A stretch of DNA of 64,000 nt from Dehalococcoidia bacterium (GTDB taxonomy: Bacteria; Chloroflexota; Dehalococcoidia; Lucifugimonadales; Australimonadaceae), in assembly GCA_963579135.1 (NCBI GenBank), contig CAUZFB010000007.1:6337-70336 (forward strand), in the 5' to 3' direction. The notes under the pieces were generated by a model. That model was not told the DNA's origin. It made no database searches and saw only the letters and a program-made list of their open reading frames with translations. The position numbers and the translations under genes were made by a program. How positions within the stretch are numbered: the stretch's first letter is position 1; every line of letters begins with the position of its first letter. Shown piece by piece: positions 54,781 to 64,000 of this stretch.

Positions 54781-57084
54781 ATGCCCACCTTCAGAGGGCA
54801 GTCGCTTAACCGACTGGAAGACGCACGCCTTCTCCGCGGCGCGGCACAGTACGTCGACGATATTCAGCTTGACGATATGCTGCACGCCGTCGTTGTGCGC
54901 AGCGTGCACGCCCACGCCCGTCTGCTGCGAGTCGACGCCACAAAAGCGCGCGCCACCGATGGCGTGGCGTTGGTGCTAACGGGTACCGACCTAGACGGGC
55001 TGGTGGAGCCCATCGGCGCGATACGCCGCGAAGGGATGGGCGAGGCCCCCATACCAGCCCACCCAGTGCTCGCCGTTGAACGCGTTTGCTACGTAGGCCA
55101 GCCCATCGCGTTGGTGGTAGCGGCTAATCGTTACGCCGCGAGAGACGCCGCCGACCTGGTGGAGGTCGACTATGAGCCGCTGGAGGCGTTGGTAGACGCC
55201 CGTGCATCCGCCGTCGCCACCGAACCGCTGCACGCCCACATCGGCACGAACGTGGTGATGCGTGCGTTTGCTGGTGCTGGGGATGTGGCCGAGGCGTTCG
55301 AGCAGGCCGACCTAATCGTGCGTGGCACGTACGATGTCCCACGCCTGGCGGCGACGCCTATGGAATGCCGGGGACTTGTTGCCAGCTACGACTCAACCGC
55401 AGACGAGCTAACGATGTGGACGTCGACGCAGGTGCCTCATCGGGTCAAGACATACCTCAAAGCACTCCTACCCCAGAAGCCCAACGACGTGCGTGTGATC
55501 GCGCCCGACGTAGGTGGCGGGTTCGGTCGCAAGATCGAGGTTTGGCCGGAGGAGGTGGCTTCAGCGTATGCAGCCATCGAGCTCAAGCGTCCGGTGAAAT
55601 GGATCGAAGAGCGTTCGGAGAATCTGGTGGCCTCCCACGGTCGGGGCTTCACGGGTGACGTGGAAGCCGCGGTTAGCCACGATGGCCACATCCTTGGCCT
55701 ACGCTTCCGCATGCTGGCCGACCTGGGCGCGTTCTTCCTCACGTCCAGCGGCGGGCCGTTGGGCAATGCCGTCCAGCGCGTGGCGGGCCCCTACGCGGTG
55801 CCTGCAATGGATGTCGAATGCCTTGGTGTCGTTACCAACAAGCCACCGACCGGCCCCTACCGAGGCGCCGGCGGGCCCGAGGCGGCCGTGCTCATCGAGC
55901 GGGTCGTGGACGATATCGCTGCTGAGTTGGGCATGGATCCGGCAGCGCTCCGCAAGCTGAATTTCATCCCCCGCGACGCGTTCCCGCACACGACCGCAAC
56001 GGGACTCACCTACGACTCGGGAGATTTCCAGGCCGTGTTCGACCGTGCGCTGGAGCTTGCCGAGTACGACGACTTCCGCAAGCGCCAGCGTGCGAGTCCT
56101 CCTGGCGATACGGTGACGGGCATCGGCATCGCCACGGTGGTGAAGGCATCCGGCGGCAAGGCGGGCGTCCGCCAGAGCAACGCCCGCGTGGAGATTGAGC
56201 GCACGGGGAGTGTTGTGGTGGTGACGGACGTGTCGCCCCACGGGCAAGGCACCGAAACATCGTTCGCACAAATTACGGCAGATGCACTCGGTGTGCCCAT
56301 CGAGAGCATAGAAGTTCAGCACGGTGACACCGATCTGCTGGAGAGCGGTGGTGGTACGACCTCCTCCCGCGGTCTAGCAGTAGGTGGCAACGCCATCTAC
56401 GCTGCGCTGCAGCAAGCGTCTGAGTCACTGCGGACGACTGCGGCTCGCATGCTGAAGTGCGAGCCCGACGATGTATTCCTCGCCGACAATCGCGCGTGCA
56501 GCAAGCTCGACTTCCATGCCGCGCTGGACATGGAAGACGTAGTGCGTACTCAGGCGCGCGCGTCGGGGACGACCGGCCCGCTGGTGTTCGAGGTCGCGTA
56601 CACGCTACCGGCGAATCCGTTCGCCTTCGCTGCGCACATCGCCGAGGTAACGCTCGACCGGGGCACCGGTGACGTGCGCATCGAGCGTTTCGTCGCGGTG
56701 CACGATTGCGGTCCGATGATCAACCCGATGATCGTGCGAGGGCAAATTCAGGGCGGTATCACCCAGGGCATTGGCCAGGCGATGTCGGAGGGCGTTTCCT
56801 ACGATGGCGAGGGCCAGCCCTTTCAGACCAATCTGATGACCTACGGTATCCCCAACTCAGAGAGCACGCCCGCATACGTGCTCGAGAATCTTCAAACGCC
56901 TTCGCCGACAAACCCGCTGGGAATCAAAGGAATCGGCGAACTTCCAACGGTCGCATCGCCGGTGGCGGTCGCCAATGCGGTGGCGGACGCTCTCGCGCAG
57001 GTTGGAGCGAGCGCCAACGGGCTCGACATGCCGCTCACGCTGGAGCGTGTGTGGCGCGCGGCAAGGAGGTCGGCGCGCACGTAG
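54781..57084 (+). CDS. molybdopterin-binding large subunit (CoxL/XDH family, substrate unknown)
   Basis: 767 aa. RLEDARLLRGAAQYVDD N-terminus. The active-site loop GPYRGAGGPE is neither the form-I nor the exact form-II CODH signature. Confidence 0.95.
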   Translation: MPTFRGQSLNRLEDARLLRGAAQYVDDIQLDDMLHAVVVRSVHAHARLLRVDATKARATDGVALVLTGTDLDGLVEPIGAIRREGMGEAPIPAHPVLAVERVCYVGQPIALVVAANRYAARDAADLVEVDYEPLEALVDARASAVATEPLHAHIGTNVVMRAFAGAGDVAEAFEQADLIVRGTYDVPRLAATPMECRGLVASYDSTADELTMWTSTQVPHRVKTYLKALLPQKPNDVRVIAPDVGGGFGRKIEVWPEEVASAYAAIELKRPVKWIEERSENLVASHGRGFTGDVEAAVSHDGHILGLRFRMLADLGAFFLTSSGGPLGNAVQRVAGPYAVPAMDVECLGVVTNKPPTGPYRGAGGPEAAVLIERVVDDIAAELGMDPAALRKLNFIPRDAFPHTTATGLTYDSGDFQAVFDRALELAEYDDFRKRQRASPPGDTVTGIGIATVVKASGGKAGVRQSNARVEIERTGSVVVVTDVSPHGQGTETSFAQITADALGVPIESIEVQHGDTDLLESGGGTTSSRGLAVGGNAIYAALQQASESLRTTAARMLKCEPDDVFLADNRACSKLDFHAALDMEDVVRTQARASGTTGPLVFEVAYTLPANPFAFAAHIAEVTLDRGTGDVRIERFVAVHDCGPMINPMIVRGQIQGGITQGIGQAMSEGVSYDGEGQPFQTNLMTYGIPNSESTPAYVLENLQTPSPTNPLGIKGIGELPTVASPVAVANAVADALAQVGASANGLDMPLTLERVWRAARRSART

Positions 57085-57195
57085 GTGCCGCTCAGCGACG
57101 CTCGTGAGGGGGGGGGGTCGGGAGGGGGACGGGGATGTGAGAAATTGGTTCGCTGCACTCAGAATGACGTTGCGCTGGCCAGCAGGCGTGCCCGC

Positions 57196-58449
57196 TTAGC
57201 CAGCGCCGAACTTGGTGGTGGGGCGACCCGATTTGACGTTGGGTAGGAAGAGCACCATCACAGTTGTGATGCCAAAGAGCACTCCCGCGACGATGAAGGT
57301 GCTGCCGATACCGCGAGAGTCAGCGATGGCGCCGGCGATCAGCGGGGAAATACCTCCGACCGCGAGGCCGCTAAGAAACTGCGCGGCAGTGATGGAACTG
57401 TGCAACTCCGGCGGAGCGATGTCTAGGCCGTAAGCGTTGAGCACGAGCGCCGTGCTGAACATGACCAGTCCGATGGCTGCGACCACGATGAACAGCGAGA
57501 CCGCACCGGCGGTCAATGCGAGCATGGGCGCCAAGACGGTGAGCAACGCGGCAGTGGGCAGCACCGTGTACTTGCGCCCGATCCGGTCGGATATGTAAGC
57601 GAGCACCGGCTGCGAAACGAGCGACAGGCCCAGGAGCAGCGAGGCGACCGCGCCAACAAGGCCCTTGCTGAGGCCGAGTTCATCGAGGGCATAGAGCGGG
57701 ACGAATGCCATGAGGATCATCTGCCCACCCGTGCGCGTGCTGCCCGCGACGACGGAGAGTAGAAGTGGACGGTGCCTCGCGGATTCGCCCAGGGACTTGA
57801 AGTAGTCCGCCATGGAGGTGTGCCCGCGCGACGAGCCGGTAGCGAACCCGCGCATGAGCAGGAAGAACACCAGCGCGAAGATCAGGCCGGGGATCAGCGC
57901 GAGCTTGAAGATCGTTTGCCACGTGAAGGCGAGGAGCATTCCGCCCACAATCAGGGGGCCGAGAGTATCGCCGGCGCCAGCGCCAATCCCGTGCACGGCC
58001 ATGCCGAAGGCACGACGCTCGGGCATGCGCGTAGAGATCAGGCCTATGGCGGGTGGGTGCCAGAGCGCACCGCCGAATCCGAGGAATCCTGCTAGGACCG
58101 CGATGGTCAGCAGGTCACCCGCAAATCCGATGAAGAAGTAGAAAGCGCCGAACCAGAGCAGCGCAGCGGTCATGAAAAGGGTGCGGCGATTGGCGAAACG
58201 GTCGGCGAGCATGCCCATGGGGAATTGGGAAATGGCGCCACCCATGCTGCGAGCAGCCATGATAATGCCCGCAGCGGACGGCGCAAGCCCCAAGCTCGAG
58301 ACAACCTCAGCCATGAGCACGACAAAGGCGTGACCAGAGAAGTGGACGAAGAAGTGTCCGAACGCCAGGGAGCCGAGGAGCCTGAAACCCCTTCGTCCGG
58401 ATAGCGTTTCGTCTTGAGCCTGGCTGGCTCCTGTGCTCTCGGTGCTCAA
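57196..58449 (-). CDS. MFS transporter
   Basis: 417 aa with a 12-TM pattern and MLADRFANRR loop. TTG start with AGAAGG 5 nt upstream. Confidence 0.9.
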   Translation of the reverse strand: MSTESTGASQAQDETLSGRRGFRLLGSLAFGHFFVHFSGHAFVVLMAEVVSSLGLAPSAAGIIMAARSMGGAISQFPMGMLADRFANRRTLFMTAALLWFGAFYFFIGFAGDLLTIAVLAGFLGFGGALWHPPAIGLISTRMPERRAFGMAVHGIGAGAGDTLGPLIVGGMLLAFTWQTIFKLALIPGLIFALVFFLLMRGFATGSSRGHTSMADYFKSLGESARHRPLLLSVVAGSTRTGGQMILMAFVPLYALDELGLSKGLVGAVASLLLGLSLVSQPVLAYISDRIGRKYTVLPTAALLTVLAPMLALTAGAVSLFIVVAAIGLVMFSTALVLNAYGLDIAPPELHSSITAAQFLSGLAVGGISPLIAGAIADSRGIGSTFIVAGVLFGITTVMVLFLPNVKSGRPTTKFGAG

Positions 58450-58593
58450 TCATGCCTTCTGTGCGTCCGCTGGCTGGCCGGGAGCGCGGGGACGATTGTA
58501 GCGCACGCTAATCGGTTGACGATGGCCAGTGGTAGCGGCATGCTTGTGCAGGCGCACGGATGCGCCAGCGCCTTCTGGCCGCCGAGGTGATTG

Positions 58594-59868
58594 ATGCTAA
58601 CCAACGATGAGAATCAGCTACTGACGCAGACCAACGCCGGGACGCCGATGGGCAACCTCTACCGCCGATTCTGGTTGCCGGTGATGCTGGCGGAGGAAGT
58701 TCCTACTTCGGACAGCGATCCGGTACGGGTGAACGTGCTTGGCGAGCGGCTCGTGGCATTCAAGGACACGGGCGGGCGCGTGGGGCTGCTAGACGCCAGG
58801 TGCGCGCACCGTTCGGCCAATCTGTTCTGGGGCCGCAACGAAGAGAACGGCCTGCGCTGCGCCTACCACGGGTGGAAGTACGACGTGAACGGCACTTGCG
58901 TTGACGTCCCCAACGCTCCAGAAGGCGCGACCTTCAAGGGCAAGATTACGGCATTCGCAGCGTACCCAACGATGGAACGCGGAGGGTTCATCTGGGCATA
59001 CATGGGGCCAGCGGGATCTCAGCCACCATTCCCGGAATTCGAGATCAATCGCGTTCCAGATTCTCACCGGCACATCACGAAGGTGCTGCTGCGAGCGAAC
59101 TGGATGCAAATGATGGAAGGTGAACTGGACTCCAGCCACGTGAGCTTCCTGCACAGCCGGATCGACAAGGGCGCCAATCCGCTTGCGGTACGCGATCGGA
59201 TGCAGGGAGCGATGTTCTCCGACGCTACGCCGACGTGGCTATTCAAGGACACGGACTACGGGATCATGCTGGGCGCGCGCCGCAACGGTGAAGGCACCAA
59301 GAGCTACTGGCGTGTGAACCAGTGGCTGATGCCATCGTTCACGATGATTGCAGCGAAGCCTGGCACGCCCGTGCACCTCCAGATCCGCGTGCCAATAGAC
59401 GATAAGTCGTCACTCTTCTACCGAGCAATCTGGCATCCTTCGCGCCCCCTGACCGACAGGGAGCGTTGGGATGCTGAGCACGGTGGGGTGAATTTCCCGG
59501 AGATGATCCCTGGGACGTACCTGCCGAAAGAAAACATGAACAACGATTACCTGATCGACCGAGCGTCCCAGAGGACGACATCGTTCTCTGGCATCAAGTC
59601 GATCCCGGCGCAGGACTGGGCGGTTCAGGAGGACATGGGCGGGCCAATCGTGGACCGCTCAATCGAGCACCTGGTGAGCTCGGATGCGGCGATCATCTCG
59701 GTCCGCAAGCGGCTAATCAAGACGGCGCAGGACCTCCAAGATGGCACGGAGCCGCAGGAACCCCAATCGGGCAGCCGCTACGGCGTGCGCCCCGTCGACA
59801 TCATGCTCGATGGCGAAGCCGAGGTTTGGGATGGCGCTCGAGAGTACCTCGAAGCGAAGGCCTGGTAA
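58594..59868 (+). CDS. Rieske oxygenase alpha subunit, phthalate 4,5-dioxygenase-like
   Basis: MLTNDENQLLTQTNAGTPMGNLYRRFWLP...CAHRSANLFWGRNEENGLRCAYHGWKYD, with Fe motif GELDSSHVSFLH. GAGGTGA lies before ATG 58594. Confidence 0.94.
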   Translation: MLTNDENQLLTQTNAGTPMGNLYRRFWLPVMLAEEVPTSDSDPVRVNVLGERLVAFKDTGGRVGLLDARCAHRSANLFWGRNEENGLRCAYHGWKYDVNGTCVDVPNAPEGATFKGKITAFAAYPTMERGGFIWAYMGPAGSQPPFPEFEINRVPDSHRHITKVLLRANWMQMMEGELDSSHVSFLHSRIDKGANPLAVRDRMQGAMFSDATPTWLFKDTDYGIMLGARRNGEGTKSYWRVNQWLMPSFTMIAAKPGTPVHLQIRVPIDDKSSLFYRAIWHPSRPLTDRERWDAEHGGVNFPEMIPGTYLPKENMNNDYLIDRASQRTTSFSGIKSIPAQDWAVQEDMGGPIVDRSIEHLVSSDAAIISVRKRLIKTAQDLQDGTEPQEPQSGSRYGVRPVDIMLDGEAEVWDGAREYLEAKAW

Positions 59869-59877
59869 GTCAAGGCG

Positions 59878-60264
59878 CTAGCTGCGATTCATGAGGAACG
59901 TGCCCGCGTCCGAGAAGTAGGCGAGCATCAACGCCTTGTCCTGTGGTGAGGCGTCGGAGACCGCGACGGCCTCGGTCATGTGCAGCACCCACGCGTCGCG
60001 CTCGACCTGCCCGATGGCGAACGGACGGTGGCGCATCCGCAGGGCCGGGTGCCCACGCTCCATGCTGTAGTTCGGCGGTCCGCCCCAGTACTGCGACAGG
60101 AATCCAGCCAGGTGCGCCTTGCCGGGGACGAGGTCTTCCGGGTACAGGGGGCGAAGGATTACGTCTTGCCCCACACCCTCGTAGAACTTGTCCACGAGCT
60201 TCACGAAGAAAGGTTCCTTGCCTACACGTTCGTATAGGGTGCTGCTGGCGAGGCCAGAGCTCAT
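59878..60264 (-). CDS. group II truncated hemoglobin (trHbO-like)
   Basis: 128 aa with LYERVGKEPFFVKLVDKFYEGV...LSQYWGGPPNYSMERGHPALRMRHRPFAI. Confidence 0.88.
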   Translation of the reverse strand: MSSGLASSTLYERVGKEPFFVKLVDKFYEGVGQDVILRPLYPEDLVPGKAHLAGFLSQYWGGPPNYSMERGHPALRMRHRPFAIGQVERDAWVLHMTEAVAVSDASPQDKALMLAYFSDAGTFLMNRS

Positions 60265-60698
60265 CGTTGCGTCAGGCTCCCGTAGACCGATTCCGGCGTC
60301 ACCGCGATCACAATACGCTTCTCGTCGGCCATCGTCTGCGCGAACACCTCGTCGCTCTCCTTGGGGGGTCGCCCCATGGCGCGATAGACCTCCTTGAGCA
60401 GCTTTACGTGAGCATCCACGTCAGCTCCTGCATTGGCCGTCGGCCACGGGTGGATGACGGCAGGGCCTTCGACGGTGATGTAGCGCCGAGTGTCAAGCTT
60501 GATTACAGTGACGGCCGCCCGGCCCGTGCGCTCGATGTTCTTTACTTTAATCGTCCTGCCGCGCGATATCCAGCAGAGATTGCCGTCAACCAAGCCGGTG
60601 GTGACGATGGTCGACTGAGGCCTGCCAGATGCGCCGACGGTGATGGCGACCGCGGTGTGGTTCTCTGTGAGCAACGGAAGTGCTTCTGTCAGTTCCAA
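60261..60698 (-). CDS. PPOX-class (probable F420-dependent) oxidoreductase
   Basis: LLTENHTAVAITVGASGRPQSTIVTTGLVDGNLCWISRGRTIKVKNIERTGRAAVTV. The stop overlaps the trHb start by 4 nt. Confidence 0.85.
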   Translation of the reverse strand: MELTEALPLLTENHTAVAITVGASGRPQSTIVTTGLVDGNLCWISRGRTIKVKNIERTGRAAVTVIKLDTRRYITVEGPAVIHPWPTANAGADVDAHVKLLKEVYRAMGRPPKESDEVFAQTMADEKRIVIAVTPESVYGSLTQR

Positions 60699-60772
60699 GG
60701 GGGGTCTCCTTGCGTGGTTTGTCCTCGGGCGGTCGCAGAGATTCTATCGGTTCGTGTGGCGAGTGCCCACAG

Positions 60773-61882
60773 CTAGTCGCGGATGTCCTGTAGCAGCCAC
60801 TCGGTCGGCACTGAGTTGCCGAGCCCCCTCGCCTTGGCTAATTCGTATGCCCTACCCGCCACCGCGAAGAATTGCGCTCCCTGGATGTTGCCACGTTCTG
60901 AGTAGGTGACCTGCGAGTCCGAGCTACGTCCAGGCGCCGCGCCCGCCAGCATATCCTCCAAGAACACGGCACGCTCCTCGGCGAAGATCCCATGGGTGCG
61001 CAGCTTCTGCTTCGGGCGCAGGACCCGTGGATTGTCGTCGGCAGGAAGCGCTTCGTAGCCGATGACCTCGTCGTGCAGTTTCATCTCTGGCATGCCGATG
61101 GGCGCCGGGGCAGAACCCAACCTGAGTGAGCGGTCCACGCGTTCCATCGTGTCGCCGTCCGGCCGGCCACCGACGCAGGTGATGTGCGCACCGTCAGGCA
61201 CCCAGCGGCCGAAGATCACTGGTTCGGTGGAGTCGGTGCAACCAGCGATGATGTCGGCGCCCTCGTGGGCTTCTTGAGCGGTGCTAACTGGAACGACCTC
61301 GATACCAAGCTTCTCAGACACCTCTTTGGCATAGACCTCTCGGTTGGCCTTGGTGGGGCTGTATACGTTGATGCGCTTGATGTTCCGCACGTGAGAAAGC
61401 GACTCGGCGTGGCTCCGAGCCATCCCTCCTGAGCCAATCATGCCAACGACCGCAGCGTCCTCGCGTGCCATGAACTTCGTGCCAATGGCAGAGTCCGCAC
61501 CAACGCGCATGTGCTGGAGCACGCCATCGTTGATGAATGCGAGGGGCTCGCCGTTCTGGATGTTGATGAGCAGGATCAGCCCGCAGAAGAGGCCAGGCTC
61601 CATGCAGTACTTCTCTTCCGTCCGGGTTCCACCGTACTCTTGCTCGTAGGTGATGTCGGATTTCATGCGGATAGCGAAGTAGCCGGAAGACGAGGAGCCA
61701 CCCTCCATGGTGCCCCACTGATACAACTTGGACGGATCGTCCGTGGGGATGCGGAGATCGATCCTCGGACGACAGACCGCTCGCCCAGCAGCAAGATCTT
61801 TATACGCCTGCTCCAGGGCGTCGATGGTGTCCTTCATGGTCAGGACTGCGGAGATGTGGTCGTTGTTGAGGAAGAGGGTCAT
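60773..61882 (-). CDS. ornithine cyclodeaminase/mu-crystallin family protein
   Basis: MKDTIDALEQAYKDLAAG and Rossmann GMIGSGGMARSH. Confidence 0.9.
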   Translation of the reverse strand: MTLFLNNDHISAVLTMKDTIDALEQAYKDLAAGRAVCRPRIDLRIPTDDPSKLYQWGTMEGGSSSSGYFAIRMKSDITYEQEYGGTRTEEKYCMEPGLFCGLILLINIQNGEPLAFINDGVLQHMRVGADSAIGTKFMAREDAAVVGMIGSGGMARSHAESLSHVRNIKRINVYSPTKANREVYAKEVSEKLGIEVVPVSTAQEAHEGADIIAGCTDSTEPVIFGRWVPDGAHITCVGGRPDGDTMERVDRSLRLGSAPAPIGMPEMKLHDEVIGYEALPADDNPRVLRPKQKLRTHGIFAEERAVFLEDMLAGAAPGRSSDSQVTYSERGNIQGAQFFAVAGRAYELAKARGLGNSVPTEWLLQDIRD

Positions 61883-62056
61883 GGGTACCTCCTGGGAAGA
61901 GCCGCACGCGGGGAATTAGATCAGCATACGATACCCGAAACTTGGTAGGCATGCGCACGTCGCGCCGAGTCGCCGACCCAAGGGGGTGCTAGTCAGGAAC
62001 GCCGCCAACGATTAGGCTACAGGGCGGTTCATCGAAACCCACTACGGAGGAAAGAT

Positions 62057-62800
62057 ATGGCGAACTCAAGCGCGGTTGCAGAGGTACAGGCTGGCGGAAG
62101 CGACATGCAGATCTTCTGCTACACACCGGACGGCGGAGGCAAGCGCCCCGCAGTCATTGTGATCCAGGAGATATTCGGGGTGAACGATCACATGAAGGAC
62201 GTAGCGAATCGCTTCGCAGACGCGGGCTTCGTTGCGGCCGCACCGGACCTATTCCACAGGGAAGGCAAGAACGTCATCGTGCCTTTCGACGACATGGCAC
62301 GCGGTGGCGGCATCCGCGGCAAGCTGACCAATGACGACATCATCGCGGATGTGTCGGCGACGGTAGATCTCCTGAAGAACGACCCGAACGTGGACGCTGA
62401 CAACATCGGGATCGTCGGTTTCTGCTTCGGCGGCATGGTCTCGTACCTCGCAGGCGCCAGCGTACCTGGTATCAGCGCAGCAGCGATCTACTACGGTGGC
62501 GGCATCCTGCCTCGCCCCGACGCACCTGCGGACGCACCTCGTCTGCTGGACGCCACGGTCGACAGCATCAACGTGCCGATGATCGGATTCTGGGGTGACG
62601 CAGACGGGGGTATCCCAACCGTAAACGTCGACCTGATCGAGTCGACGCTAAAGGCCAAGGGCAAGGACTACGAGAGCCACACCTACGCGGGTGCAGGCCA
62701 CGGCTTCTTCTGCGACGCGCGCGGCAGCTACAACGAGGCTGCGGCAAAGGACGCCTTCCCACGGACGGTGGACTTCTTCAAGAAGCACCTGGGCGGCTAG
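62057..62800 (+). CDS. dienelactone hydrolase family protein
   Basis: AVIVIQEIFGV, GIVGFCFGG and GAGHGF. GGAGGA SD. Confidence 0.92.
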   Translation: MANSSAVAEVQAGGSDMQIFCYTPDGGGKRPAVIVIQEIFGVNDHMKDVANRFADAGFVAAAPDLFHREGKNVIVPFDDMARGGGIRGKLTNDDIIADVSATVDLLKNDPNVDADNIGIVGFCFGGMVSYLAGASVPGISAAAIYYGGGILPRPDAPADAPRLLDATVDSINVPMIGFWGDADGGIPTVNVDLIESTLKAKGKDYESHTYAGAGHGFFCDARGSYNEAAAKDAFPRTVDFFKKHLGG

Positions 62801-62812
62801 TACGCCTGAATC

Positions 62813-62868
62813 GCGCTAGAAACCAGAAAGGGCCGCCCATCAGGGCGGCCCTTTCTGGTTTCTAGCGC
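62813..62868. terminator. perfect 26-bp inverted repeat (hairpin), probable bidirectional terminator
   Basis: GCGCTAGAAACCAGAAAGGGCCGCCC / ATCA / GGGCGGCCCTTTCTGGTTTCTAGCGC lies between convergent genes. No U-tract on either side. Confidence 0.55.
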
Positions 62869-62886
62869 TACCCAACAAGGGATCTT

Positions 62887-64000
62887 CTAGAGCGAATCGC
62901 GTAAGAAGTCGCCGTCGGGGTACTCGCTAATTAGGCGACGCGCGATAACCTGGCGTTGGATCTCGCTGGTCCCCTCGCCGATAATCATCAGCGGTGCGTC
63001 ACGGAAGTAGCGCTCGATGGGCAGGTCCTGGGTGTAGCCAACGCCACCATGGATGCGCATGGCGTTGGTGGCGACACGCAAGCATGCCTCACTCGCAAAG
63101 AGTTTCGCCATGCCAGCTTCCAGGTCAGCCCGCTCACCACGCTCCATCTTTGCCGCAGCATTGGCGACCAAGAGGTGGGCCGCCTGGACGTCTGTCGCCA
63201 TGTCCGCGAGCAACTCCTGTATCGCCTGGTGCTCAGCGATGGACTTGCCGAAGGTTTGCCGCTGCTGCGCGTAGCGAATACTGTCCTGCAACGCCGCACG
63301 CGCCACGCCTACCGCTCGCGCAGCGACGTTCACGCGACCAAGCTCCAGCCCACGCATGACGTGCCGGAAGCCTTGGCCCTCAATGGCGCCGAGGAGGTCG
63401 GTCTTAGGCACGCGCAAGCCATCGAACGACAGCTCGGTGGTTTCGATCCCCCGATAGCCAAGCTTAGGGATGTCGCGCACGACGGTAAGGCCAGGGCCTT
63501 TCTGTGCGAGCATCAGCGAGATGCCCGTATACGCGGGCTCGGCATCTGGGTTGGTCTTGCAAACCACACCGTAGAGGTCGCCGTGGCGTCCGTTGGTGAC
63601 AAACATCTTGCTACCCGATATCACGTAGTGATCGCCATCGTCGACCGCTCGGGTCTGGATTGCTTGGACATCGGTGCCTGCGTCCGGTTCGGTGATGCAG
63701 AGCACGCCACGCAAGGATCCATCGGCCATGAGCGGCAACAGGCGCTCACGCTGCTCGTCGGTCCCGGATTCCTGAATCATGAGGGCGAGCAGCAGGTGGG
63801 TGTTCAACGCGCCGGTCAGGCTCATCCAACCAAGCGCTAGCTCTTCGATGACGTTGGCGTACACGCAGGGAGACACGCCTGCACCTCCGAAGCGCTCGGG
63901 GATGGTGAGTCCGAATAGCCCGAGCTCTTTCATGCGATCGATGAGCGCTTCGGGGTACGTGTCGTCGTGGTCATAGGCCGCTGCGACGGGCCTGACTTCA
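62887..64000 (-). CDS. acyl-CoA dehydrogenase (5' end beyond right window edge)
   Basis: LCITEPDAGTDV, MFVTNG and IGEGTSEIQRQVIARRL. The frame stays open upstream of the track's Met (63933) to position 64000 (..AAAYDHDDTYPEALIDRMKELG). Confidence 0.92.
   Translation of the reverse strand, partial: EVRPVAAAYDHDDTYPEALIDRMKELGLFGLTIPERFGGAGVSPCVYANVIEELALGWMSLTGALNTHLLLALMIQESGTDEQRERLLPLMADGSLRGVLCITEPDAGTDVQAIQTRAVDDGDHYVISGSKMFVTNGRHGDLYGVVCKTNPDAEPAYTGISLMLAQKGPGLTVVRDIPKLGYRGIETTELSFDGLRVPKTDLLGAIEGQGFRHVMRGLELGRVNVAARAVGVARAALQDSIRYAQQRQTFGKSIAEHQAIQELLADMATDVQAAHLLVANAAAKMERGERADLEAGMAKLFASEACLRVATNAMRIHGGVGYTQDLPIERYFRDAPLMIIGEGTSEIQRQVIARRLISEYPDGDFLRDSL

Noticed and set aside
59943-60776. 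277-aa Arg/Pro-rich plus-strand ORF
   Set aside because: It lies antisense to the truncated hemoglobin and PPOX-class genes, both of which have clear family signatures.
62813-62868. Inverted repeat as the terminal repeat of a mobile element
   Set aside because: No second copy, target-site duplication or transposase is visible in the window, so it is kept only as a hairpin or possible terminator.

Overview
High-GC bacterial chromosomal window (by eye about 60-65% GC; the first ~900 nt only ~50%). It is almost entirely coding, with about 58 protein genes. I found no rRNA, tRNA, CRISPR, transposase or integrase, and no recognisable transcription factor. The content is a dense mosaic of oxidative and hydrolytic catabolic enzymes in multi-copy families. 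There are 6 Rieske non-heme-iron oxygenase alpha subunits: a 4-member subfamily (920-2209 inverted, tandem triplet 9276-13212) plus 2 phthalate-dioxygenase-like copies. There are 3 molybdopterin hydroxylase (XDH/CoxL-type) large subunits, only one with its 2Fe-2S and FAD partners. Also present: 3 dienelactone hydrolases, 3 luciferase-like (LLM) oxidoreductases, 2 PPOX-class proteins, 5-6 amidohydrolases, ring-cleavage enzymes (gentisate-1,2-dioxygenase-like, a second bicupin, a LigB-type extradiol enzyme), 2 Gfo/Idh/MocA, 2 SDR, 3 MFS transporters and an ABC exporter. Lipoproteins with long Pro/Thr linkers and LLM/PPOX (often F420-type) families suggest a high-GC monoderm lineage (Chloroflexota, e.g. 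SAR202-like, or Actinomycetota); this is inference only. The main observations worth a second look are: (1) a 14-unit, 13-nt-periodic repeat array (44350-44531) inside a long co-directional operon; (2) the Rieske paralog array, with an invariant 38-aa Rieske block despite saturated synonymous change and no reductase in the window; (3) a 10-gene minus-strand cluster (38568-48258) led by a heme-oxygenase-like candidate di-iron protein; (4) four differently disrupted genes, all in multi-copy families (frameshifted CoxL-like gene, MFS gene with two in-frame TAA, amidohydrolase whose start position is ATA, decayed amidohydrolase relic); (5) a 3x14-nt G-rich tandem repeat in a divergent promoter region; (6) a perfect 26-bp inverted repeat. 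All functional calls come from motif and family recognition by eye; no database search was run.
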